Below, piece by piece: positions 22,601-35,597 of a stretch of 64,000 nucleotides of DNA (positions are counted from its first letter, which is position 1; each line of letters starts with the position of its first letter). The position numbers were made by a program, and so were the translations under genes. The notes beneath the pieces are model-generated. The model saw only the letters and a program-made list of their open reading frames with translations, had not been told where the DNA came from and made no database searches. This stretch comes from Phoronis australis. Lineage: Eukaryota > Animalia > Phoronida. The stretch spans positions 631,630 through 695,629 of the forward strand of contig NMRA01000030.1 of assembly GCA_002633005.1 (NCBI GenBank). The letters are read 5' to 3'.

Positions 22601-24089
22601 TACATTCCCTTGTCCACCTTATAGTGTCCTGAATCATTTAGGTTTAAGGTGACTTGTTTGAAAATCAGTGAATGCTGACAGATTAGACTTTGCTTTAGTG
22701 TGGTGACGTGATATGGGGACCTTATGAGAAGTTGGTGCTTTGAATTGTCAAGAGTAACTCCTAACCATTGTCGAACACCTATCTGTCACTATGTTGTTTG
22801 CTTGAGACAGAATAACATACTTCTGGGGCCGGCCGAGGTTCTAACCTCTGAACTCAACCTCTGAATACAAACTCAGACTCTTGACCAATCACAGTCAATC
22901 CTGTTGCATTTTTTGTGGACAAATTGATAAGTTTCCTCGAGCCATTCGGTACAGTTGGTCAGTTTTTGAGTTGTGTTCCAGCTACAGTGATTATATGATG
23001 GGCTCAGAAGTTAGTAATGGAGTTATCGTTTGTCAAGTAGTGATTCTTTTGGTGTGTTCGAAGGAGGATTTCTTGTTATTACTGAGGACCATTTGTCAAA
23101 TATTTCATTCAATAAATTTGGGAATAGGTAATTTTACCAATTATTTTAGTCCCAAATTGAAGATATTTGTTTTATGTGTAATTTTACAGTCATAGTTATT
23201 ATTCAATTGTTACGGATTGTGATCTTTTTCTTTTAATGCTATGCATCTCATGGTATTTTTAGCTTTATGAAGCTTCCAAGTCTTCATCGAAGAAGAGCAG
23301 ACCAGTCAAGTTTGTTAGGTATGATGCTTCACTCAAATACAACCACAATGAAATTCACCGAGACCCAGGCCTACCAGAAACAATAAGGTAACTTGTAAAT
23401 GATCATGATGTATTTCCATAGAAATTTTAACTTAATGGTGGACTTTGAATACAAGATGGCCATTTTGCTTTTGTATTGCAAGGGTTTGTACTGTGGACTG
23501 GTAGAGGGTGAGACTCATGTTATAGTCCTCTCTATGGCAAGGGTTTGGACTGTGGCCTGGTAAATGACAACACTGATGTTGTGGTTATCTCACTTCAACT
23601 TTGCATAAAAAGAAATTCCAAAATTGCAAATTTTTCATTTTGTAAAGGCTAACAACATTGTTAAAAAGTTTGAAATTTTACATATTTTTATTTTACTATA
23701 GTTATGTTTATTATAAATGAATAGTGTGTGGATTTTTATTTCTTTTGATCAAATAAAACTCTTGTCTGTCGTAGCGTGTGTTAATTGAAGAAAATTTAAT
23801 GCAGTTTGAATTTTTTTATGAATGTAAATGTATGCCTGAAAACTTTGGTGGAGAAAGACTTCATCTTTTATTTTTTTAAAGTTAATATTTTGAAAATTTT
23901 ATACTGATATGTTGTTTATGAGTTTTGTTTCCCATTAAATCTTAGAGCAAGCGCCACCTGTTGTACGTAATTTATCTTTGTTCATATTGCCTAAACAGAT
24001 GTATACAATTTATAGACTTTGTAGTAGTTTTTCTAAAATGATATCTTTCCTTTTATTTCAGAAATTTTGTACAGTCTTCGTTAAAGTAA
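7502..24089 (+). CDS. ABHD12: Lysophosphatidylserine lipase ABHD12-like alpha/beta hydrolase, 12 coding exons, 393 aa
   Basis: Exons 7502-7689, 11103-11233, 11731-11833, 13023-13139, 14938-15014, 15912-16041, 16301-16338, 16994-17073, 17835-17920, 20027-20105, 23263-23387, 24062-24089; 1182 nt in frame, all GT-AG. N-terminal TM helix, LYLHGN, DYRGFGDS, nucleophile GHSLG, LILEAPF, acid ILHAEDD and catalytic His (YNH) all present. Confidence 0.95.
8154..9090. other. Assembly gap (937 N) in ABHD12 intron 1
   Basis: Run of N. Confidence 1.
9590..10126 (+). mobile_element. 5'-truncated, decayed LINE (CR1/L2-group) ORF2 C-terminus and 3' tail
   Basis: Frameshifted translation FKILNHLSPPFLWDLL..YNLR..GLRSFRAYSSNLWNSI..LKTF..TWTEPPCK..CDF, typical of CR1/L2-group ORF2 C-termini; followed by an AT-rich UTR and a short ACTTG(A) tail. 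Confidence 0.75.
10731..11068 (+). repeat. 65-bp tandem repeat x5 just upstream of ABHD12 exon 2
   Basis: GATGTGCATGTTGGGCCCA starts at 10737, 10802, 10867, 10932, 10997 (period 65). Confidence 0.95.
11103..11233 (+). CDS. ABHD12: ABHD12 exon 2 (TM anchor, LLYVTIPLLYFLFPWIVVEVVFLN)
   Basis: Acceptor tgtgtttcag|, donor T|gtgagt. Confidence 0.92.
11731..11833 (+). CDS. ABHD12: ABHD12 exon 3 (IPFTDYTDPTLFGLNGTRNFYLQSEQNVQLGVW)
   Basis: Acceptor cttttcag|, donor TG|gtaagt. Confidence 0.95.
12016..12059 (-). ncRNA. Degenerate minimal type I hammerhead ribozyme motif (Penelope-like/retrozyme relic)
   Basis: Minus strand ATTCA-TTGACAA-A-GGCCTGG-CGGA-CCAAGCC-GAAA-TGTC-TGCAT: stem II hairpin intact; core differs from CTGACGA...GAAACGTC by C>T/CpG-type changes. 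Confidence 0.5.
13023..13139 (+). CDS. ABHD12: ABHD12 exon 4 (HILPES...PVFLYLHGNAFSR)
   Basis: Acceptor ctttgcag|, donor AG|gtctgt. Confidence 0.94.
13842..14220. repeat. GAT-derived 15-bp minisatellite (GATGATCATGACGGC) in ABHD12 intron 4
   Basis: About 20 degenerate units; source of the low-complexity ORFs 13768, 13790 and 13832. Confidence 0.95.
14938..15014 (+). CDS. ABHD12: ABHD12 exon 5 (VARHRVSLYKVLQKANFHVIAMDYRG)
   Basis: Acceptor ctttccag|, donor G|gtaaaa. Confidence 0.95.
15174..15806 (+). repeat. 38-bp minisatellite (about 14 units) in ABHD12 intron 5
   Basis: Unit CAGTCTGGCATTAGGTATGTGGTGGGCTTTAACCCAGA, interrupted by the MITE at 15213-15324. Confidence 0.93.
15213..15324. mobile_element. 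112-bp hairpin MITE inserted in a 38-bp minisatellite
   Basis: About 45-bp imperfect TIRs GGGCAATAGTCTGATATAACG.../...CATGTTATATCAGACCATTACCC; flanking direct repeat CAAACA (15207-15212, 15325-15330). Confidence 0.75.
15912..16041 (+). CDS. ABHD12: ABHD12 exon 6 (FGDSTGSPTEDGVVHD...ILGHSLGT; nucleophile Ser)
   Basis: Acceptor tcttcctctag|, donor GG|gtaaga. Confidence 0.96.
16301..16338 (+). CDS. ABHD12: ABHD12 exon 7 (IGTRATAELCDE)
   Basis: 38-nt exon; acceptor tattttctag|, donor A|gtaagt; phases fit both neighbours. Confidence 0.9.
16994..17073 (+). CDS. ABHD12: ABHD12 exon 8 (VPPDGLILEAPFNNIVDAAKLHIFAK)
   Basis: Acceptor tgtatttag|, donor AAG|gtgagt. Confidence 0.95.
17110..17463. mobile_element. 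Decayed foldback MITE, PIF/Harbinger-like ends
   Basis: About 55-bp imperfect inverted ends (TCCACACTA..AATTACCCTAGAAAAAGTTACTC / GAGCAAGTTGTTTTAGGTTAACT..TAGTGAGGA). Confidence 0.45.
17835..17920 (+). CDS. ABHD12: ABHD12 exon 9 (PMLTLYPYAENFIFDNLHKQSVFFDSEK)
   Basis: Acceptor ttatttgcag|, donor CA|gtaagt. Confidence 0.92.
18252..18730. repeat. Cluster of short duplications and a TACCT/ATCTACCTGAG simple repeat
   Basis: About 45-bp x2 (18252-18342), low-complexity 18392-18525, about 56-bp x2 (18628-18728). Confidence 0.8.
19194..19282. mobile_element. Diverged second copy of the 15213-15324 MITE family
   Basis: GGAATAGTTGGATATAAAG..ATTTTGAGAACCAGT..AAAACTGATTCTTAAAAT..TTATTAGATTATTGCC aligns by eye to the first copy. 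Confidence 0.6.
19283..19510. mobile_element. Small TIR element (MITE) abutting the previous one
   Basis: Ends GGTGG..ACTC..TTGTTTCGCTT..TTTTAAT / ATTAAAAAGCGAAACAAAGAGTTCCACC are imperfect inverted repeats. Confidence 0.45.
20027..20105 (+). CDS. ABHD12: ABHD12 exon 10 (IHHVSIPILILHAEDDKIVPFKLGLK; catalytic Asp)
   Basis: Acceptor ctacttgcag|, donor AAG|gtatgt. Confidence 0.95.
23263..23387 (+). CDS. ABHD12: ABHD12 exon 11 (LYEASK...VKFVRYDASLKYNHNEIHRDPGLPETI; catalytic His)
   Basis: Acceptor tatttttag|, donor AG|gtaact. Confidence 0.94.
24062..24089 (+). CDS. ABHD12: ABHD12 terminal coding exon (RNFVQSSLK*)
   Basis: Acceptor tccttttatttcag|; phase 2 fits; TAA at 24087-24089. Confidence 0.85.
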
Positions 24090-27000
24090 AGCCTAAACAA
24101 CTGGTTTTGAAACTATTTTTTATTGTTTTGTAAATTATATGGAAAATTAATTTATTTCATAATTTAACTCGTGATTTATTGTTGTTAATGAATATGAGGT
24201 GTTGAAAATATATTAATGTTATATCAAATATTGGTCTTTTTAATCACCTGCAATACTGACATTTCTAGAAATTATATCAATTGAATTGATGTACATCGCA
24301 CAATGTTCGCTTCGTCCAGTGTTTTCATTAACATAATTTAGAAATTCCAGACCAAGCATCTAGGTCACTGTATATTGTGACACACAAAAGCTGTGATGAT
24401 TTCACAATTAATTACATGCAACTTGTTCAGTAATTGGTGTTCCCCGGTTTGCATGTGCTCTACAGAAACGACATGTCTTGGCCTGCTATTTACCAAGAAC
24501 TTTTTATTTTTTAAATTTATTAGCAGATTAATGAATAAGTAAAACCTGTTTAACTCTAATAATGAGCGGGCCGGGCTGGCTGAATTTTGTCAAAGACGGA
24601 GCACTAGGCAGTGTGTCTCTATGAACTTATTTGGAAATTTCTGTTAACATGTGGAAAAGCTAGTCTTTTCAATAATGCCTGTGCCAAACTACTTGAGCAA
24701 CTGTTGATTTGGATTTTCGTTGGAATCCTTTGTTGTTTCACTATGATTGTACTTTTCTTTTTTACTAAATTTTAGGAAAGAGATGGTCATGTTATCCAAT
24801 TAATGGCAGATTGGTATGAAATCAAAAATCGAAATTCTACAAGTTTTTTATTTTCAGAAAATATATCCTTTTTGCCGAGTTAAATTCAAAAGTCGGTTTA
24901 TATATTTGACTAAATGCACATGCTTATTAATAACCGTAAGCTCACAAAACCTATTAATTTTAGAAAATAATTTAATTTTTCTTGCGTGTCAGGTAAATAT
25001 GACAGTAAAATTTAAAGTTTCACCTGTTCAACATGGAACTTGTATTCCAGACATCATTCCATATTTAAATATTCAAATTTTGGGGACATGACACACACTT
25101 CAGTGGTCGCCTAAATAATCGGTGAAATTTCAGTTAAAGCTGCCTTTCACCCTACTTGGCAGGTGTAATGATGAAATTGAATTGGGCCTTTTACTTTGAC
25201 AAATATTCCTTCAAACTACACAGTCAATTAAAGTTGGTGGAAGCAGGTAGTCACTTCAAAACTTTAAGATGATAACATGATTATTGGGGTAGTTTTGTCT
25301 CACTAGACTGGAAGGGGCCCCGACAGCATGTTTTTTCAAGACTTTCAAAAAGGTTATGGAGAAAATTAAGAGAATTTTAAATAGGGCAAAATCACACCAA
25401 TTAGCGATTCATTGTGTTGGAGAATGAAATTATATATTTTCATAAAAGATAAGTAAAAGCAAATAAATATCGTTTTTTCAAGTTCTACACCACATCACGC
25501 AATATTTTCAGATATCTGCATTTGGTAGATACATTTTAAAATGAAAACATGTCAAATGAAAACATGGCAGTTTTGGCAGAGATGTTGCTTGGATATGTAA
25601 GGCACAAATGTTGACAAATATGGCACTATCTTCTATGTGACCAACCTCATTGTGAAATCAAAATAATGTACTTTGAAATTTATTTATAAATGTGACTAAC
25701 AACAATGATACAAAGTTCTACATGTGTCATTTGGTGCCTTTGAAACTAATTATTTGAACATTATGTGCTAACCTTTGTTTATATGTACACTAATGCATCT
25801 GACTCATTGTTAGAGTTCCCCCACAAGCTTGGATGCCTTTTGACATCAGTTCTAATCTCTTATGACTTGCCAGTTAGCTGTACATGTAATGGGTGTAAGT
25901 TATCAAAGGTGCATTCAGGTGTTGAACAGTCACCTGTTGATAAAGTCCATTATATACACCTGAATAGGGTTTCTTAAATACCTGGGCACTGACAGGTAGC
26001 CTGGCTAGACAGGAAGCCTAACCACAAGGTTACCTGAAAATTATGTTGGTGTATTTCACAGAGGTGTTTGCACTCACTGACTTTTAATTCTAGAAATTGT
26101 GTAAACCTTTGTAAAATTAGGAGATACCAGCTCCTGTTACCTAGCTACTCCTGGACACACATGAGAAATTATGTGTGATAAAAAGTGATAACAAGCTGTT
26201 CTAAAACTACATCATGCAGTTATGGTAGACTAAGAAATGCCTTAAAACATATATTTAGATTTCAGAATTATGATGTAATAATGAGTTTCTATAGTTTAAA
26301 TCATAAGTAATTGTAAAATATTTTTTCAAGTAATGTATAGTACACTAACAATAGTTAGTGGGTGTGCTGTTCTATGAATGGTAATTTTAGTGTCTAGTGA
26401 GACCACAAGCATTTAATCTAAGTTAATCATTGATACTTGAGTACAGTTGAGTATCCTTGAGTCTTCCTACACATGAGTTGCCCTCCATAATTTCATGTCT
26501 AATTTTGAAAAGCGCTATTATAGATGAATGATTTGTTTTTTATTGCCTCTTGCTCTACAGTAGAGCTTCAGGTGAGGTGGTCATTCACCTGATGGATGTC
26601 TCATTAGAATGTGCGTCTGAATGGGTGTCGGTTATTTGCGTCAACAACTGAGTGGTCCAGAGTAGTTACACCCATGATGTATTTATGCCTTCCTATTGTA
26701 GCCTCTCTTTCAGTAGGTAGGAAACAGTGGTTGGGCTTTTCAGGCCAGAATATTGATAAGGAAGGGATGGGCTGGTTTGCCGTAAAACATTCTTTTTGTG
26801 AATGAATATTTGCTATTTTTGTATTGTTTGTCAGTTATGTCTGTTAGCACTGCAATAAATGGTTAAATCCAAAAAATATGATTTAGACAACTTTCCGCTA
26901 TAAAATTAGTTTAGCTTGCATACTCAGATGAGAAATGATTTTGTCCTTGGGAAGAAATGATAGCTTGTCAAGACATGGTTGATGGTTAAAATGACATGTC

Positions 27001-29059
27001 ATGATCAAGTCATCTGGTAGAACTGGTTTGCAACCAATAATAAATGTCACTCATGTTGACCAAAGAAGTAAGTGGTCTAATTTGTTATATGGAAATAATT
27101 ACAACACAAACAGAAAGGGGTGGAAGGATTGTAAAATGATATTGTTGCTAAGAAACCTATTAGCTTATGCTGATGAAAATATGGTATCATCAATTACTAT
27201 TTTTATTTTTTTTTAGTTTCTTAAATTTTGCTGAGTTGCTTCTGCTTGTGTTGTCCTGGAAGTAATCCGCCCACTTTAAGTGTGACTACCAGACTGTTAT
27301 CAGTATGGATTTGGTAATTATGTGGCAGATTTTTCATCATTTTTTATTGAAATTAAAATTTTCAAGTATCAACCAAATGTATTATTTTTGAGTTCTATTC
27401 TGCTTCTTCTTTATTTTTTATGTTTGTTTTGGTGGATCAATAAGGCCTATTATACAATGAACCAGAATTATCTGACTAAAGGCTTATTCATCAAAAGACA
27501 ACTTTCTCGTGAGCACTATGGCCATTAAGGTTTTGCAGGACCCTAGAAAAAGGTATAAATGTGGCTAACTCTTCACCGACCATCTTATCTGACATGATTA
27601 GATTCACATGAAACTTACAGATGCAATGCTGTATGCACTATTTTCTAAACCACTGTTAGCAATGGTTTTTTAAAAAAGTTCCACAGTTTGCAAGAGGAGC
27701 TATCAAAAAATAGAGATTAATGCACCTTTCTGTTTTGCTAAAATTTACTAAGACATGGTCGTGTGACCCAATTAATGGCATGTCAGTAAAAAGTAAAAAG
27801 TCAAATCGGGGCTTTTTTAATGCTACTTTCATAAAATATGTGTTTCTAGTGAGTAAAAATCTATAGTTTTGTAAATATTTGGGTCCGTCAATGAGGTGCA
27901 AGGTAAACTAAACTGAATTAGTGAGTTAGTGGTTGTTATGTCACAATTAGTTAAGAAATTCATGAAGAACAAAATGTTCACATACCCCTGGCCACCCCTT
28001 GCCTCCTGTCTACTTATATTGGTTTCTAATTTCTGACAACTGAATTCCTGATTTTCCAGTCATTTAGTTCAAATGGCATTGTTATGCGTATACAATTGCT
28101 ATTTACTGGTTGAAATGTTTGGAGAAAGGCCACAGTTAAGAAGGAAATGATTACCTAATATTTACTTGAACTTCAAAAGGTGTTGAATACAAACAAGAAA
28201 TAAACATGAAGGTATTAACAATGATCATGTGCATTGTACTGTGTTGGGGGTCAAAATTCCACAATTTGGTATAATGAAACAATATGTTAATAGTCTAGGG
28301 TTGGGAGTTGTCCCAAAGTTTAGGCATCTGAGTAATAGCAAGGAATGTTGAACAGGCCAGAGAAAAAAAACTTGCAGTGTAGCTCTGACTTGCAGTGTAG
28401 CTCTGGCCAAGTAAAAAGCACACAAGCAGTGGATCTTGTTTTGAAACTGGGCTTAGAATGTATCTGAAAACTGAGCCCTTATATTAATGAAAATAACCAG
28501 GGACTTTAAATTTAGGGGACTTGCATGAAAATATGCTTTTTATTTTGATGTTAAGAATTCAAAACAAAGTTTACTGTGTATATATAACCTAAAAATTGAC
28601 TTAGAAACAGTAATAAGTGTCTGGACAAGTCTGTAAGTGTGGTGAAAAGTTTGGGAACAGCCGAGTCCCCTTTTGGGACTGTTTGATGCAACCAGGCACT
28701 GGTTTCTGCTTTTTATTCATCACTTGTCAAATGAAGGTGTTTTAAGCCTTACTTATGTGCCTTTGTCTAGTTTTTCAACAAAAAAAACAATAACTTGACC
28801 AAATTTGATGGTGAACACAAGTCTCACCATGAGTCTGGGTAGAGAAGAGAACCAATCATTTTTTGCCTTATATTTTGCATTGACAGGACTGTTTGATGCC
28901 TTCTAAAGGTATTAGATAAAGCTCCTGCTTACATAACAGGTGAAGTAGAATGCTTCAGGCAATATGGGTAATACCGCTGATTGCAAAGATCTCACAAGTC
29001 AGTGAAAACCTGTGGTAACTAAAGATTCTCTCTCTGACTCTGTGACTGTTTCCACTGTA

Positions 29060-29086
29060 CTCTCTCCATCTCTATCTCCCCCCCCC

Positions 29087-29117
<31 letters not shown>
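29060..29117. repeat. (CT)n microsatellite with poly-C
   Basis: Directly visible. Confidence 0.9.
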
Positions 29118-32100
29118 AGACACTCATTGTCTCCCCTGTGCACTTGTATCAAATTCCTGCTTCTCACCACACTTACAAATTATGCTGATTATGAAACATA
29201 AACAAAGTAATAGATGTACTTATATCAATCCAAACACATTATGAACAGTGCAGTTTGAAGAGTTATGACAGTTATGGTAGAGCAACAGGCAGAATGGCTT
29301 TACCCTGTTGGACTTGGAGTATTTCAAGGATCCACTCAGTGCAATCCAGTGATGCTAACAGGGTAATCCTTTTAAATCTGAGACAAACTGTCTGTGTACA
29401 GTGGCTCTTCTTTATTTGTTGTGTAAACAAGTTGACATTATTACTGAATAATAAATACAAAATGTTAGGTAAAGCATTAGGGTCTTGCTGAAATGAGATT
29501 ATAAACTTGTAGTAGCCAGTAGCCAGTTATTTGTCAACACTCTACTTTACCTGCGGATAAACTTGTAGTAGCCAGTTACGCCAGTTATTTGTCAACACTA
29601 ATTTACCTGCAGATAAACACGCTGTAAGTTTAAAAAAAATATCAATAAAACAAACATTTGCAATGTGTTTTGTACAAAAATGTTTTGAATATCATTTTTC
29701 ATTGATAATTATTTTAGGTCAGTGACTGTATCTCAAATTGCGTTAAGCAGTGAATGATGTAGACAAATATATAAAAAATATCAGTTTGGTAAAATGTCAC
29801 AAATTTAAGACACAAAACGGCACTGAGAATGAGAAAAAAAACAGTATGGTAAATCTTACCAATAAATTACACGATATGGCACTGAGAATTATAAAATGAT
29901 GGATAAAAATAGCAATATTGCAAAAGCTTTCCAGATGGGTTAGATGATAGGGTGGACAAGTGAAGTGAAATTTACATATGTGTTTACTTTTTTATCTAAC
30001 ACAAGTAATTATGTTCTAATTTTTTTAATTCTATGTACCCCAGACACAGATTCGAGAAACTGCAGGACCCAAAACAACTTTATTAGCCTTTAAAGATGGA
30101 AAAGATCAATTTTGGAAATCTTTTTTCGTCCAAATTGGTGAAGTTTTACTGTGTATATTTTTGTTATTCAAATATTTGTTTTTATAATTTTAAGACCTTG
30201 TTTCAGGAATTGAAATTCTTTGTCCTCAATTGCTTCCTCTAGTTTTGCTAGATATGAAACTGACCTTTCAGATTATAACACACCTATATTAAAGTATATT
30301 AATATGAAGCCAGCGTCCTCTTGGATGAGAGTTTTGTTGACAATTGCCAGCAATGAAGGCATGTTTTCATTGCAGTTTTTGACACTAATTGGTTATTTGC
30401 TTATGATGTCATCATAACATGTCCATGGCAATCAATGATGTCATCCATGTGGGAAGTTTCTCTACACTTGTGGTCATTTGGTCCTCACCCCTATACAAAC
30501 TCATACACCACTGACATTTCATGCTAATTGACTCTGACCAGTGATGAACATCAGGGCTGTTTTTAATTTTCTATGATGTAAACCTTCTTGAGTTCTTAGA
30601 AATATTTTTACAATATCTGCCAAAGTGTTGTGCAATGTCTCAACCATGACCCAAGGTTTGGCGCCTCACTGTTGGATATCATTGTTTTCAGGATCTTGAA
30701 TTTTAAGGAATCTTGGAAGAAATCCTCAGTGAATGAAACTGATATTATTACGAACACAGTGTTGTGTATCATCGAGATGGAAACCTTCATTTTAAACTTC
30801 ACCTATGGTCAGTGACATGTAAATAATGCTGCCAGTGATCACCTATGTTTAAAGCTCAAATTGAAATATCTTGAGCATCTCACCCTGTGTTTTGTAATTC
30901 AATGAGAATTTCTTAATTAGTCCAGTGAGTTGTCCAAGTCAGATGTCACTCACACTACCCAGCTCAACATGTGCCCTGTTTTTGTGGCTGAAACTATTAA
31001 CCTTTACTGTTTATTATTGACATTGGGTTAACCTCAAATGGCTAACACACAATACATTAGACACCCTGGAAATCCTCAACTAGATATTTATCTGAAGTGA
31101 TTAATCACTTGTGTGATGTATTGTCCTTGGAATACCATTACATTGTTTTATTTTCTTGTAAACCAGGCCTCCCATGAACAAGGCCTTGTTATAAAACTTC
31201 ACTACCCACTTCAGTCAGTATTCAATTTCCTTGACACTGTTTACCAATAACCATACCAAATACCTTACTTTATAGTTCTCTTCCTTTCATTATAGTCTAA
31301 CAGTCCTCTCTAGTCTATTATGTACATGCCATTTTTGGGGTTAGTTCATTCAGGAAAATTAACTGACAAATTACTGGCGTCAGTCCTTTGTGTACTGGTG
31401 TGATTCATATAGGCTTGCTCTCTTCTTAAATTTGTCATGAATTGAAAGATAACGGTTTTATTTGTTAAGAAATTCTATTGAGTGTGCTCATTCCGTCTAG
31501 GTGTAAGTGCTGGTATTTTAATAACTTAAAAATTGTCTGCAAGTATTTGAAAATGTGCCAACTCATTTTTTGGGATGTTTGCTTTTTGTAGTGTTCAGCT
31601 ACTGGAAATATACAGGTAAAGGAGGCACTGTACATACATATTGCTTCAGATTGTCTAATTATGGTACTGACACTTAAACTGTCCATTGAGGACATATGCA
31701 GAAGAAATGTTTGACAAAATGAGACAAATATTTCGAAAATTAGGAGAAAAGAAATTTGTTAATTAGTTCAGTATTAAAGTGATGACACATCAATGTAATA
31801 GCAAAGTTTTTTATAATAATGCGTATGAAACACCACAACTTGCACTGTAATTTTCTCACAGTTTCAGTTTTGTTATATTGTGAGGATTAGGTCTGTCATA
31901 TGCCTTTGTTTTGTTACGTACATAGTGAATTTTAGGTCTGTCACATGCCTTTGTTTTGATTTGCCATTGCACAATCTTATTAGCTTGAGTTTCAGACAAA
32001 TTATTCCACTGGTCTTCCAGCAATTTTTGCAGGCTTACTCAATTGGTTAAAGTACATCAACAGCAAACAAAATAAACTAGTTTATAAAAATAAATACTGG

Positions 32101-34438
32101 TGTTGAAAATCTGTGTTCGTGATTTGTTTTTTCACGTGAAGACAATATTGTGGTTATAAACAAAATCTGCTGAAATTCGTGGCATTCTTCATGGGCGAAG
32201 CGTTTAAATTCTCAGTGGCCCATTACACTTTATAATTTAACTCATTGTTCATCTCCTGTCCATTATACTTATACAATTGATAGGTTAATACTTTTGTATC
32301 ATTTACTGTTTTTACCATACATTATGAAGCAAAGTTCTTGCATCTTGAAAAACGTAATGAATGATGCGCAATTCTTAAGTATGATCATCTTTACTAAATT
32401 TGAGCTCATTTTTGCCTTGTCACCGAAAGTTTACAGTGCCCATGTCCCTGGGACACACACACTACTTAATGAGTTTTGTCCCTGATGTAGTGCAGGTCAA
32501 ATACCCTGAAACAATAAGCTTCCATGGGAACTGCATTTATTGAATTGATCAAATGTTTCAATATTAGTGTTTATAAGGTAAATATTTGTCATACTTTTCC
32601 ATCATGCATTTATCCTTTTACTACTCATGTGAGTGAGCATATTTTGGTTGAAGGTTTCACATTTGCTAGTCGTGAAAAGGTTTGAGAAAGATCTTCCCAG
32701 ATCAGTGCTTTCACCATTTGGTACTGAAAGTATGAGTCATGTGGTCGGTTGTCACCTCCAATGCTCTGTTTGATTTGTTAAATAGAAAAGATTATCTATT
32801 CATTGAATGGTGTTAGAATTTTAATTAAAAATTTTCAAATAGGACACTGCAAAAATTTACTATTTTGTGATTAACGTTAAAAATTTCTTGATAAAGTTTG
32901 AGACATTGTTAACCAATTTTTATTACAACTTATAATTTGAGACATCATTTTTTCTACAATTTAAGTGTGAGGTTACAGGAAATCCCCACAAATTTAGGGC
33001 AAATTGATTTTTTCCTGTTTTCCCCATAAATTAGTAAGTCAGAAAGTAACTGATATCATTTTCACTTTCTCTACCATACTTCACATCAGACAATGTTTGG
33101 ACAAAGTTATTCACTACAGTTTTTGGAGCCTCAAGAAAATGAAGAGAGAGTAAAGTTTTCAATTATTTTTGTCATAAATTGGGAAACTTATACCCTAATT
33201 TATGTTCCTTAGTGTCGAAGACTTGACATTTGAAGTGTCTCTAAACCTGCTTTCCACCACATTTAACTTGGTGCACATATGTTATGAAATTCATCTCATA
33301 TTGTTCCTGACTCAGATTGGAGATACTTTCTAGATTGTGAAAGAAGAGTTTAAACTCAGGCTCTACTAGTTGTCTTGTTACTATGTCATTTTATGTGATG
33401 CATTGGATCTGAAGAAATTGCATGAGTTCTTTGCAAACAAAAAAGCACTTCCCACCTGAGTAAGGAACAAGTTGAGACAAATATTATACAGATGTGTAAT
33501 CTAAATCCAAAGTTTGCTTTTTAGATAATGCAGTTTTATAGCTGCTTAACTTTTTTACCAGAATAATTTGTTTTCAGAATTGTTAACCATAAATATTTTG
33601 TGGCAGTTTGAAATTAAGTAAATAATTCAACTGTGTTTCATGTTTAGTTTGAGTCCTAATGAATCATTGCTGGTATTCATTCAGTCTACAAACATGAGTC
33701 ATAAATGCTGCTGGTGTCGGATGTCTACTTGGACTGTTTACTTTCTGTTTAGTGGTATTTTCTGGATGTTTTGTCTTCCAAAAGTTTTGAAATTCAAGTT
33801 GCCTTGTCTGTTGCAAATACACAATTTTAACCAGTAGACCTTATTAGCCTTCAGAATATTTTGTCGGTCATTGAGTAAGCCTATCTCTTGTTCGTTTTAA
33901 AAACGTTAAAATTAAATGTATGAAAACACATAAAGATATATGTATATTGTATATCTATCTACTGAATTAATAGCATTAGAATGAAAATTTGAACTTCATT
34001 TTATACAAAAACTTGGTTGCAAAAGCCTGTGTAATAAGTGAACTGTTGTGTAACATGTCATTAACCTTTTGAAAGTCAGAACAGTCATTAGTCTGTTAGA
34101 TTGTGTGATATAGATTTGGAAATGCCTGCTTGTAATTCAAACCTCACTTTAGTGGCTGTGGAGACGGAGGGNCGTTTGGGGGTCATACTGGGGCTAGTTT
34201 CAAACACTGAGAATATCATGTCATGCACTAAGAACTTAGGCATTAGCGGAATCCAAAATCATAGAATCGTTTTCATGTGGAAAGGATGCCCTATTTTCAG
34301 GCCAAACATTGTAAAGCACCTTTTCTGACAAAGAGAAAGTCCTTGCTTAGGAAAAGTTTGACTGGATCGGGTGACAGAACATAATGAAGAATGTGAGAGC
34401 TGAGAATGTGACTGCTGCATATCATTTGAACCAGTGTG

Positions 34439-34660
34439 TAGGGGCGCGGCTGCTTTGAAAGCTGACGTTCAAGACTTGACCGCTTTCACTACGAAAGGGT
34501 GCCCTTTAGAAAAATAGGTGCCTTTCTAAGAAAATCTTCCACAAAAGTAAAACCTTCTGAAAGGTGTCATTTTTCATGGAAGCTCACTGCAAATGTGTCC
34601 CTTTTTCTCGATCTGCTCTACAAATGGGTGGGTATCCTGATTTTTCAGCTGCAACCCCTG
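34439..34660. mobile_element. Decayed hAT-like MITE
   Basis: Ends TAGGGGCGCGGCTG / CAGCTGCAACCCCTG; no clear TSD. Confidence 0.4.
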
Positions 34661-35451
34661 TCAAAATACTAGTTTGGTACCCAATCCTCCGAGTTGGCTG
34701 ATGTAAGGTGTGTTTTGAGCATGGGTTTTACAAGAATGGACAGTGGTGTAATTATATTACTTAGCCATCCACTATTTGTGAGTATTCAATTAAAAAGTAC
34801 AATTTGCTCTGTCTGGTGAGGTTTGCTTGTGGGACACCCCCCTTCTCAGTACTCTATGGGCTGGAGTCTTTGGACTTCATGGATAATTAGTGGTACATTG
34901 CATTTTAAATTATCACTTTCAAACATTGTGATAACACAGGCCCCCAGTTATTAGATAACCACTTTGCTTCACCTGGATTTGAAATTTGAGCACATTGTGA
35001 TGGATATGATACATCAATATATTTTATTGCCTGGTAAAAGACTGAGGTAGAAATAAGCACATGAAATTTTGACCCAATTTTGTCTTACACAGCAACCACT
35101 TGTCCTGTTATCAGACCAAGATACCCTTAAGATAGTCATGAAATGTTGACCTGTTGCTCAAAAGGTATGGGCAGAGGAAAGACCAAACCTTATATTAATA
35201 AAAAATCAATCCAGTTCTGTAGATGCAATTCAACAGTATTTAAGAAAAAAACATCCCCACCTTACAAATTCAAGCCTATTTTCATTAATTCAGTTGTGTT
35301 TACGAGAAGATTTAGTGCTTTTGTAGAATCTAATATTTTGGGTTGAAGATTCAGTTTCATATTTTGAATTCATAATGTCAAGTTGATAAATTCAATTCTA
35401 TTTCTTAGATTCTCCTAAGCAGAATCAAACCCAAAATCTTATTGATGCCGG

Positions 35452-35597
35452 CATGGGCAGCACACTGACCATAGGGGGCTGCAGGGCTATAGCCCCCACT
35501 TTTTTCAGGGCTGTGCCGCCCACGGTCTATGGATGGGGCACCACAGGGGAGCTGGGGGCTATAGCCCCCCACTTTTTTCAGTGCTGCGCCACCCATG
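35452..35597. mobile_element. GC-rich hAT-like MITE; partial inverted copy at 62732-62771
   Basis: Ends CATGGGCAGCACACTGA / TCAGTGCTGCGCCACCCATG; internal repeat GGGCTATAGCCCCC(C)ACTTTTTTCAG twice; 62732-62771 matches the reverse complement of the right end. Confidence 0.65.
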